NCBI GenBank assembly: GCA_010093705.1
Contig: MU006101.1
Coordinates: 522,228-542,227, forward strand
Length of the DNA: 20,000 bases
Direction of reading: 5' to 3'
Source of the DNA: Patellaria atrata CBS 101060
Taxonomy: Eukaryota
In this document: positions 9,972 through 20,000 of the stretch, piece after piece
How the letters are laid out: every line of letters begins with the position of its first letter
How positions within the stretch are numbered: the stretch's first letter is position 1
Notes under the pieces: generated by a model
What the model saw: only the letters and a program-made list of their open reading frames with translations
Told to the model about the DNA's origin: nothing
Databases searched by the model: none
Translations under genes and position numbers: made by a program

Positions 9972-10348
9972 GTTGTCATGGGGAGCCTAGAAGGTCTACA
10001 AACTCTTAGCTCGTTCCTACTAAGGACAGCAACGGAGTTATTTCGAAGTAATGCAATGGTAGTACTATAGTCAAGGTAGACGATATCCTTCCTATAACCA
10101 TAATAGTACGTTCTAGAACAGAGAGCTTAGGTAGTCCAGCAATTCCTCGGAGTCATCTTCAATCATGCGTCACTATGCACCCATCCCTCCTTGACCCCAT
10201 CCAATTAATCTATTTGACACCTAATAATTTCTACATAAGTCTCCCTGTGGGAGATGGTCTAGATTGCTGTCTGCTGCGACTTGACCAAATCATAGCAGCG
10301 CAACGCAGCCCGCGAGTTTCTCACCCAACCAAACTATCAACATTGTAA

Positions 10349-11583
10349 CTAGTGATTATCGTTGATGTTCATATGCTCCCCGGTGACTTGCGGGTCCTTT
10401 TGTGGATCGTATGTGTCCAACCCTTCCAAAGGACTGTAAACCTCGCTCAGATAACACATGTCATTGTAGGTACTGTATAATCCCATCAGTACGGTAAAAA
10501 ACCGAGATTTGTAGCAGGTTCTTACGTCTGACGCGCCACACCTTCTGAATGCTCAGCTGAATAATTGAGATTGTATTTTAGGCTATAAAGCTTATTTCGG
10601 TCATCGAACTCTTTCACTGGCTCAGACGGTTGGATTTTCCGCAGATAGTGACGGGTGTAGATTTTCGCTCGATCCCGCGTCGACCTCCGCATTCCCAGTT
10701 CCATCTCGTTGTGGGCATAATAAGCACTGGGATTAAAGAAAATGATCTTACCAGGTTTTGAATCCGTACCTACGTTCCCTTTTTTCAGGTCTCCATGGAT
10801 AAGACTTGGATTAATCTGGCGGCCGTCCGATTTAAGATGCCCAAAGAGACGAGGGACAACCTTATTTATAATATATACAGTTGCTGCCTCTAACCCCGGG
10901 TGTCTGCCATTCGCTTCAAGGTTCAAACTTGCTACTCCGCTCAATAATTTTGAGAATAGATTTTCCCAGCTATCTTCCCAAGCGATGTTATGAGCTATCC
11001 TTCCGTCACAGGTGGTGGCATGAAATCCAAACTTCGCCTTTGGTGAGACACTCTTTGAGTATAATTTGGAGAGTTGGGCGGCAAATTGAATTGGTTAGAG
11101 AGCGCCGATGATATCCGTCTCCATGAATTCGGAAAGGTAGAAGTAGGTGGGAGGATTGTTGACCTTGAACCTTCCCCACGCCCGAGGTACAGGCAAAAGT
11201 CCTAGAGTTACTTTCTCAATTTCGGTGGCGGATGCATATTCTCTATGCATCATGATGCGGCCATGCCCGTCACGAGCACACTGCTAGATAGCTCAGATAC
11301 TTGTGAAGTTTACGAGTAGAATAATCAGGATGCATACTTTCATGAGATACTCCTTGCTTGTCCCGTCAAACTGCATTGTTGAGATGTGAGTCCACCCAGA
11401 TATTGCATAATTCCCAACCGATAGTATCTGTGTAAATAGGGGCAGTGCTTACATATGTCAGCCTTGGTACCTAGTGTGTCAGAGTTCATCGGTCTTACCT
11501 TCGATCACAGTGTCGTCCAGGGGAAAAGCTCCCTTCACTACTTGCAATGAATAGCGACGATTCTTCGCCTCTCCACTGTCCAT
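10349..11583 (-). pseudogene. Fructosamine/ketosamine-3-kinase family (protein-ribulosamine 3-kinase-like) gene with a premature stop; exons 11583-11499, 11447-11338, 11280-10526, 10472-10349
   Basis: Spliced frame: MDSGEAK...FPLDDTVIEALP...KEYLMKCA...PVPRAWG...YFYLSEF...SPKAKFGFHATTCDG...WEDSW...VVPRLF...INPSLIHGDL..GN...YYAHNEMELG...PSEPVKEFDDRNKLYSLKYNLNYS...TYNDMCYL...YDPQKDP. All introns are GT-AG. There is one in-frame TAA at 11097-11095. Conserved residues are altered (HGDLWxGN to HGDLKKGN, FD to FN). Confidence 0.88.
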
Positions 11584-12120
11584 GCGCTCTCCCTCGAATC
11601 GTCGAAGTAAACGTTGAAAGCTCTCTTTCGCCGCTAGTAGAGGTATAACCTTCTATTTCACTTAGTACGGCTAGTTATTGAGTCGGCTGGAATCGGATTA
11701 GAGGGTATCCCCCTTAGAAGCGCGGCCGCGAATGAGGTGAGAGCAAAGCATTAGCGAATGGGGTCTAGGAATGTGTAATGTAGATCTGTAACCGAACCAT
11801 ACTTCCCTGGGTAGGAGACTTTATTCTCGTACGCAATAGGGGAGTTGAAGGCTATTACAAGGATATTTGAGAGTTCATGCTTCGAATTCCGCTGGATTCT
11901 CGATACCAAATTTTGAATATCTGATCCCTTGATATTGTAGGGACTCTGTGCTATTGTATGTGATGAGTTGAATGCAATTAAGAAGAACGGATGTTCTACC
12001 TCCGTTCCTTTGCCGCCATATGTGAGGTACAGGAAGGTACGGGTCATCGCTCGATCACAGGGCCGCATCGTAATGAACGTAATCTCTACGCTTCGGATGT
12101 ACTGGAGACAGTCTATCCTA

Positions 12121-13364
12121 TTATGTCTGAGGAAAATAATCTATAACCTCGTCTTCCATGTCCTTCAAACTTGCAATGAAATGGAATTCTTCCGCCGTGA
12201 CGCGACTGACGCTCAATCGCGCTTTGCTGAAAAGTTCCATCCGACTTAAGGTATCGTGCTTACGAAGCTCATGAAGTGAGATGATGCGTGGGAATCTCTC
12301 TCGGAATGTAACGCTTACGCAGTACCATGCGGGCTTCTCGCGCTTGGATTTCGGATCATAATAAGGATTTTCGGGATCGAACGCGGTCTCTGTAAAAGAC
12401 GTGGTCAGTAACAGGACGACTTTATTATACGACAGCACAGCGACTTCATATGTTATCAATCAGTTGGTTTTTCTATCTCGAATATCCATCCCGTACATAG
12501 GGTAAGGAAGATCCCAGCCGCTCACCGTTCCTCTCCATGTACACTTCATACCAGTATAGTCGCTTAATAGTGGACAAGTGCTAGATCTGAAGGTGAGTCC
12601 AGAAATGAAGATTGGCAAGTTCACGTGCTGGGGTTTGTTATTTCGTGAAGGAAAGCGCATAATAAGGTACGGTACGGTCGTTCCAAGGGAAACAATTTAG
12701 GAACAGTTTATAAAAAGTTCAAGCTTACTGTCAATAGTTGCCTCCTCGACAATCTCCATAATCCCAGCAACTCCGGGCACTTTAGTGTTGGAATGGTAGA
12801 AGAGCGCAAGCTCACCCTTTTTCATCGCTTGCATGTTATTTCTAGCTGTGAGATAGTGTAGTGGTTAGCAATAACCCATCTCTTAGAAACTGGTCCATCT
12901 ACCTGCATAATTCCGGACACCTGTTGAGGTTTAGCAGGTCAATATAAAGGTCAACGTTGATCGGTCGGTCGTTCATTCTCTGAACAAACGGGGCACATAC
13001 CGGTCCATGGTTCTGGCTCTTTCGCATTTTCCAGATCTGTGATTGAAAATTTGACATCTTTCCCATCCACAATCCGTGAGTCGGGCTCAGATTTCATAAG
13101 CCAATAATTGGAGTCGCTGATCACCGCACCATGTGGGATTGCATCTCGCGTAAGCCTTTCAACCTCCTTAGACGCCTTTTTGGGTTTCCCGGATTTTGTC
13201 TCTGGAGTGGTGACAGCTGCACCTGATCCGTCACCGAATCGGTTCCTTTCCGATCGCCGTCTGTTGCTGCGCGTATCGATTTGAGTTGTTGAATGACGTG
13301 TGCGCTTTTGAACAGGGGCAGCTGGTGTTGAAATGCTTTCCGTCACTTTGCGTTTTAGCACCAT
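12121..13364 (-). CDS. EVE (PUA-like) domain protein, THYN1/Thy28-like, about 255 aa; exons 13364-13001, 12920-12903, 12845-12729, 12389-12121
   Basis: Basic disordered N-terminus, then YWLMKSEP..DVKFSITDL..EPWTGVRNYAARNNMQAMKKGELALFYHSN.KVPGVAGIMEIV..D.TAFDPENPYYDPKS....WYCVSV.F...RLSVSRVTAEEFHFI, which are classic EVE motifs. GT-AG splicing gives an intact 768-nt frame. Confidence 0.93.
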
Positions 13365-13650
13365 CCTACTGCCCTTTTCCTCGTGTATTAGGTGTTCCGC
13401 GTTGCTTATGGACTAGAGAGATTAACAATCTTATTAGAAGGTCGTAACTCAGTTGTTTGGCGATGACCGCGTTCTACTGTACCGGTAGTGGCGATGTTCA
13501 AGGCCCGGTCGCCAAGGGCACTATTTAGAACTAGTGCTACTGTTTTTAACGACAACCTTTTTCAGAAAAACTAACCATCTGCTTGAAAGACTACCAAAGA
13601 CGACTATTAGGAGTTGAAATCGAGGGACAGATAAGGATTTAACAGATGCT

Positions 13651-16120
13651 CTATCGGAATCTGTGCAGTAGCCACGGTAGAGACGCATCAGTGATACTGC
13701 GGTTCGGTTTCTCTTCTGATCGGGTATGTTCTTGCGTCAGGGATCGCGATATCGCATCCACCACTATGGATTTAGACCCCTTGAACGGGGTCTCTGGCAT
13801 CTCGGAGCATTCTTGTCCATTATTCAAGTATCTATAGAAGGGCTCGGTTTGTTTATTGAACTTCTTCTCATCCACATTTTCTGACTTCTTCCGACTTCTG
13901 TAGGTCCAGTTCGAACCGGAAGCTCGCAATCCTATCGTTCACCAATAATATTATCTTTCGAATTGTAATCCTGTGGAATAACAACGACCGGCACCAGAAT
14001 TTTGTCGCCCTGATAACTGCTGCTCACTATTATGTGAACCCCTTGACCTTTGATAGACAGGACGCCCCTTGCACCTTTTGACGGAGAAGAACGACTCGCT
14101 TTGAAGTGAACCGTGGAGCATTTGATCTAGCCCCAGAAACCGTTTACTGATCGTACAATGTTAGGCTGAGCTTTGGTTACTCCTAGACTCCCTTTCTTTT
14201 TCTTGAGTTGTCGATGGTCCAGCCGTATGCCAAATCACGGGAAATTTGGTTTTTGCACCATCGCGATTGCAATTATAATAATCTAGACATATATTTCGAT
14301 GTTCAGGATACCGACAGTATGAAAATCAGGACCCGCGAAACAGGCGAACCTTCGAAAGAAACAAGGCAGATGCGAATGAGATTCTGTTAAAATTCGTAAC
14401 CTCTGCACGAACGATATGCCTGATAAAAGTAAATGGAGAATACATGTGAATAGGCCCACAATACTCTTGTATTAGAGAGTTTTTCTTCGTGGCTGAGCAT
14501 ATTTCTTTTCCAATGGTGGACTTCTCCGTTGCCGTCCCGGTTTCTGCATATCCAAGCACAACCGTGATTCTAAAATTGTTTAGTATTCCAGCTGAAGTAT
14601 GAGCATAGCTTTCAAATACCTTACGAGCATTCTCATAGTCTGATTCTTCAATGCGGAGTTCGAGCCTCTTATGAATATCGTCTTACATGGAGGGTAGTCT
14701 TCAGAGCTACGCGGGGCCATGCGATTACCGATCGATTACTCGTAGAACGAAGATTCTGTGGTCGATTTCATTCTTTACTTGTTATTTTCCTTTTGAAACT
14801 TCGTCTTGTTAGATTTCATGTCAAAGTCGATCAGCATTTTCATTGATATTCTCAACGATCGCGTCTTGTATCTTTCTTAGATCATACCCCTCATTTGACT
14901 ATACTCTGTGTTAAAATAGCAGCCAAGCACTTTCAATGCGGATATAAAAACCATGTTTCCTTTACTCGATATGACTGAGAATTAGCTCGTCGCTAATATA
15001 CACCATTTGGGAGTGTGGATAATGGCATTGTACAGCAGGAGCGTCCCGCCTTATTCCTTGACCGATTACATTCGTTATTGGAATGTTCTTTATGAGCATC
15101 TTTACGCTGAATATATTCTCATCATATTCTTTCTTCGTAATTTGTCGTCCCGTTTTTCCTGGGTTTTGAGTCAGTTCAGGTTCTAAGCACCCCCACAATG
15201 AGAAATGTAGGATCGGTATGGAGCTCCCTCGTACTTGGGTCAATATGCGCCGGTCCTCGACTAGGTGATAATTGACATCGATAGCCTTTATTCCGAGCTG
15301 TCCCTGATATTAGCCTCGTAAACAACGATAATGCGATCTTTTTCCAGTGGGAGCCTATGAAGGACTTCGGGACAGTAGAGTTTTGCGTCTCTCGTAATAT
15401 CTGTACGCCAATCTAGTTCAGTAAAATTTGAAGGAGCGTTGAATTGGGAAGCGTCATTACTTTCATCCATGTATAACGGTCCGTCCTTCCTCCCAACGCT
15501 CACAGCGGCCTATTTCAAAGCAAGAGCTACCATACCTATATAGACCAATGCCTGAGACTACCAACGTATCTTCCAGAATACCTTAATCACCATAGATTAA
15601 CAGTATGGACAGTCTCTGCTTCAGGGTACGCCGCCATTACGCCTAACGTTCGAACTCTCTATGTTGTCAGTTGGTGCGGCTTGGTGGAACAATTTCATAA
15701 ACCTAAGGCATCTAAGGTCAACCGATCTATAGATCAGAGAATCGACGCCCAGTTTAGATCCGAATAAACAAGAGAAGCTGGAGTATGTGATGACTAACAG
15801 TCGAGTCATAAGCAAAAAGTGGCGTTTGCAGGGTATCAAAATCTCGATCCTTGTTCTCATCTGTGGAGGGATAGTTTGGGGATTTTCTTTCTTCCTCCGC
15901 ACAACCCACGGCCGAGCTAGCATTGTGAGCACCAAACGCAATTTTTCGATCCATGGTGGTTTGGCTTTGCCGTTGCATTAATAGGCGTTCTACCTGGGTC
16001 CTTGGTGAGGCTATTGATTGATTTAGATGCGAAGGAGAAGGTGCTGGGAAAAGGTTTCAAGGGAGTGGTACCGACGAAGCACCCATCTGGTTCGAGGAAA
16101 CATACAGCGCCTTCATCCAT
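13651..16120 (-). pseudogene. Heavily decayed gene relic, possibly a STAND-class (NACHT/NB-ARC-like) P-loop ATPase with an unidentified N-terminal region
   Basis: A chain of protein-like minus-strand ORF fragments (16120-15917, 15503-15288, 15243-14962, 14559-14326, 13929-13651) is separated by stops and frameshifts. Degenerate motifs occur in STAND order: ITVVLGYAETGTATEKST, FPVIW, FLGLDQ, VHIIVSSS, SLPWLL. Boundaries are uncertain. Confidence 0.35.
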
Positions 16121-16687
16121 TTTACATACTGTAAGTTCAAATTTTATATTAGTGCTTTTTTAGCAACTAGAGCAATAACTCACATCCGAATATTTTGGGA
16201 GTGTAGCTCGTTAGGGTTTGTATAACAAGCTTTCGCGCGGTGGCTGGGTACGAATGAGAACAGATCGCAATATGTCAAGCACCCACCTGAACTCGAGACT
16301 AAACCGCTTATCCAATCAAGGAACTTATTGTTTCGGAAGATAATACACGAGCAGCTTAACAATAGCATTTTATCTATTGAGGGGAGGTCACTTTACCCTA
16401 GGGTCCCTTCAGGTGACCCCATTGTTGCTATTGTCTCTCTATCTGCGTTTGACAATAGCCAGCCTCGCTCCCAATTCATATATTATCTGCTCTCTCTCTT
16501 TAGAGAATTTTCTAGTCTTTTTGACCACCAATTCTCATACTAACACTACCTTACATCTACGCTGCTAACAATTACACTGCACACGACCTCTCTGTTTTTA
16601 TCGCATAAACAATTACTTTCTAACAGTCGCTGCTCACACTAAACCCGCTAATCATACCTCCATCCTTACTAGAATAACGCTCTCATC

Positions 16688-18253
16688 ATGGCTCGTAACG
16701 TTGCGTTCAGTCAATATCTATCACTTAAAGAGGAGGCCGCTCTCGCGGCACAATGTTTCGCTAAGAACTACCGTCAAGACTTCGGCGAAGACCAATACGA
16801 CGTTGTTCAGTTTGGGAAACAATTCAACAACATGTTCACCTCTCAGAAGACCTTGGGGGATTATACCCACACACAATTCGGCGAGATGAGCCTTGGCTGG
16901 TCCAAAAATCAATTTTGCGCGGACAATGCTGCCAGGATGGACCCCGTCATTAGATCAGTTATTCGGGGGTTTGAGGAGCTTCAGATGTCGCACTTCGCAG
17001 CCTATGTTTTCGAGTGGAAAATTATTCCCGCTACTAGCGCCCCAGTACTTTTCCTCACCTTGGATGGTTTCAGTGAGCCCAAGACATATACCCTCATGTA
17101 TGGTGGCGAAAGCGTTACATACTTCTTTAAGGCCGAGAGGTCGGCCAAAAATGCCTCTGTGCTTGTTTACGCCGGCGGAAAGTGGACACCAGCAATGGAA
17201 TTGTTCAAGAGTCTCATTGGCTCCACCCATATGTCCGAGGACGAGATGACCCGTAACCAGAGCCGCTGGTATCTCACTAATGGAAAACAATTTGATTTCA
17301 AGAACCTTCCTAAGGAACTTAGATTGATGATCTACGAGTTCCACTTTTCCAAAGAAATACGACCTTACAGTTGGCGCAATGGAAAGCGGACAAAGGTCGT
17401 ACACAAGAAGGATTACTACGGACCTACCACACTTCTCCAAGTTTCATCTCAGGTTAGAGCTGAGGCTAGACCAATTTTCTTCTCCGTTTCTCCAGTTATC
17501 TTCGAATCTCTCGACACATTTCGCCTCTTCACCCTACGCATACGCACTGACATTCTCAAAAAGATCAAGAACATTGATATTCAGCTCAGTCACTCCGAAT
17601 ATTGCTGGTTGTTTGGAGCGCCAACTGCAAAGATTCCTCCTCGTGAACCAGATAAGATGGCATACAGTTTACTGTATGTCAGTTCGCTCACTTTGACGAT
17701 GCCTCATCCTTTCGAGATGAGGACATTCCGGGGCTTCTGGGATGATCGGAACGGCTACTATAGCGGCACTAAATTCATTGGCTGTCAACGTGCAGCTGTA
17801 AACACGATCCTCGGCGCGGCTCGACCATTTGTGCAGCACCTCTCATCGAAAACCCTTCGTATAAAAGGGTGCTGTAAACGTGACCAGGTTGACTGGTTCT
17901 TTCGAACATTGGATGAAATACGAGGAGAAGATGGATTTGCTGAGCCACTTGCGTACCCGGAAACTAGGAAGAAGGAGATAAAGAGAGAGTGGCTCGAGTC
18001 AGTCCTCAAGTCAGGTGGAGACGGCCCGGGAATTCCACATGAAAAACTCTTAGAGTAAGTCTTTTTCTCTCTCTACCGAAACCCAGCGCTAATCAAGTGA
18101 TTTCATCACAGGCGATTCTCCTGCCACTGCAACCCACGATGCTGTGTTAGCCCAACCGTCCCTTTCTATGTGGAAGATATTCCGGTTGAAGAATATGAGG
18201 AAGGAGAAGCTCAGGATGATCATGAGATCAAGGATATGTACTCTGCTCCATAG
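16688..18253 (+). CDS. Uncharacterised fungal protein, about 502 aa, with an internal F-box-like/2EXR-like motif and Cys-rich acidic C-terminus; exons 16688-18054 and 18112-18253
   Basis: 456-codon open frame with good start context (ATCATGG) and the motif NGKQFDFKNLPKELRLMIYEFHF followed by LLQVSSQVRAEARPIFF. Intron 18055-18111 has GTAAGT, a CTAAT branch site and CAG. Splicing extends the frame with ERFSCHCNPRCCVSP...EEYEEGEAQDDHEIKDMYSAP*. Confidence 0.85.
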
Positions 18254-20000
18254 ATTAGAGAAATATCTCTACATACTCAACTACATCCGATAGTCAATAC
18301 AAGAATTATGTGTACCAAATTTGCGCAGACAACTCCGTGGTGCATATAACGCATCAGTTTATGTGGTGAACCGCCCTGAACATCATATTCCACTGCCTCA
18401 CATCGGCTTTTTACCCGTAATACAGGGAATCTTTCCGGTATATGTATAACTCTATTCAAAGTTTCGCCGAATAAACTTACAACTCCCCGCTAGACCTATT
18501 TCTGCTTCATCCGAGTCTTTCTAGAGGTACGTACTTTAGATATTGTGCCTGTTATAGATGTCGCTAATAAAATAATAGAACATGATAGCGAAGCGTTAGG
18601 ATTACGTAGTTTACTGCCCATGTCCTAATACCAGGAGGAGCTCTCTATCCACACTTCCACCTTCCAATAACAAATCTCCAGAAAAGGACAATAGCGAAGG
18701 GAGCATGTACAGCACAGCGCTCTTTAACATTATATCTGTATAATACTATGGACCATTTATTCCCTGATTAGGTTGTACTGTACTGTGCCGCACCGTACAA
18801 GTCCGCAAGGGGACCTGAATGGCCGTCCTTCATCTGGAGTGGCCGCAGTAGGAACTGGATTGTGGACGGTCTGCACTTCTTCGGACGAGCAGTCGGTACG
18901 GTAAAGTCGGAGTAGAAGTCAAAATTGGCTATTTTAGAGCAGGTACGGCTGAGGGGATGGATTGTAATAAAAGTATTTCGACAAACATGTGCAGAACGGT
19001 TGCAGTTACGAATCCTCACAATATCAGGATATTGGAATATAAGATAGAATAGGCAAACACACCGTTTTGCTTCCTGTATGAAATTCTCACACGTCATTTG
19101 CTAAGTGTGAGCGGCCTCTAGTAATTGTGTTCCAACTATCTAGTCCAGATGCTATCTACAATCAAGATAAAGAAGAAGAGAAGAGTCTGAAGGCAGGTTT
19201 GAGGAAAATATTACTGGCTGATCTTCGGATGCAGGGCGCGCTCATACCACTAGGCTCTAGCCTGTTACACTAAGGAGGTACCATAGTTAATGATAAAGCA
19301 TTATATTTAAGTGATCCATGGACTGCAGTAGGTATCGAGCCATCGATCCTGAGCACCATCCCCTTCTCAGTGTCACTTACCCTTTCTGCGTACACTTTTA
19401 CCTTTCCATTCTGATTCTGTTGTACTTCATTCTCTTTCTTCAATTTTGGCTGCTACGTCCATAATGGGGTATTAAATTTGTTGCGGTCTTTCAGGATAGC
19501 ACACGATTGATGGCGCTTTCATGTTTTGGGAGTATATCAGTAGAAAGTCATTGAAGTATCACCTGAGGATACCAAAACTTTGGGTATTCCCGTCCTAATG
19601 ATCCTCTCTATCATCATACTGTTACAACGGGAGTCTATACTTATCAAGACGGAGCTGGATAAGTCAAGAAACGCGCCTGGCTTCTCACTTAACGTGGTCA
19701 ACCACTGAGGTAGGTTTGGCAAAGTGATAGGATACGTATAACAAAGGCACTTCAAGTTGACGATACAACTTGCTGACTCCTTGACTTCGGGTAATGCTCA
19801 CAATGAGACAAGACGTACTGTATGGAAACAGTGTAACAAGTGAAGTCAAGTTCAAAACCGTAACATCCAAATCTATGGGTAAGATTGATGGTAAGAATAA
19901 CTACGAAGAATCTAAATACATGAGGGAAAGACCGTCCTTAAATATTCCTATCCTCTATAGTCAATTTGGTGGTGTTCAACCTGCTCTATGCTCAATACCC

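Noticed and set aside
11751..12068. 105-aa minus ORF with two IAFNS motifs downstream of the EVE gene
   Set aside because: Lies in the probable 3'UTR/intergenic gap, has no recognisable domain, and the repeat is too short to support a gene.
16701..18009. Alternative-frame and antisense ORFs within the 16688 gene
   Set aside because: Fully overlapped by the long, motif-bearing plus-strand frame.

Overview
Intron-containing filamentous ascomycete (fungal) genomic DNA with GT..CTRAY..YAG introns. Left part: probable 3' end of a kinesin-5/BimC-like gene (to 227), a microsatellite, and an intact 4-exon secreted glycerophosphodiester phosphodiesterase gene (1749-2985), followed by about 3.7 kb of low-complexity intergenic DNA. 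From about 6.7 kb the window is a decaying accessory region. It holds a pseudogenised NLR-type gene (alpha/beta-hydrolase + NACHT + winged helix, minus strand) with a 173-bp solo LTR inside it (perfect 5-bp TSD). The NLR is cut at its 5' end by a LINE RNase H fragment abutting a second, inverted, internally duplicated copy of the same LTR. It also holds a fructosamine-kinase-family pseudogene and a probable second, much older STAND-ATPase relic (about 13.6-16.1 kb). Two genes here are intact: an EVE-domain (THYN1/Thy28-like) gene and a 502-aa fungal protein with an F-box-like motif and a Cys-rich spliced tail. I see no rRNA, tRNA or CRISPR array. All family calls come from motif recognition by eye, not database searches. 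I cannot show a wholly new system; the best leads are the nested TE-disrupted NLR locus and the second cryptic STAND relic.
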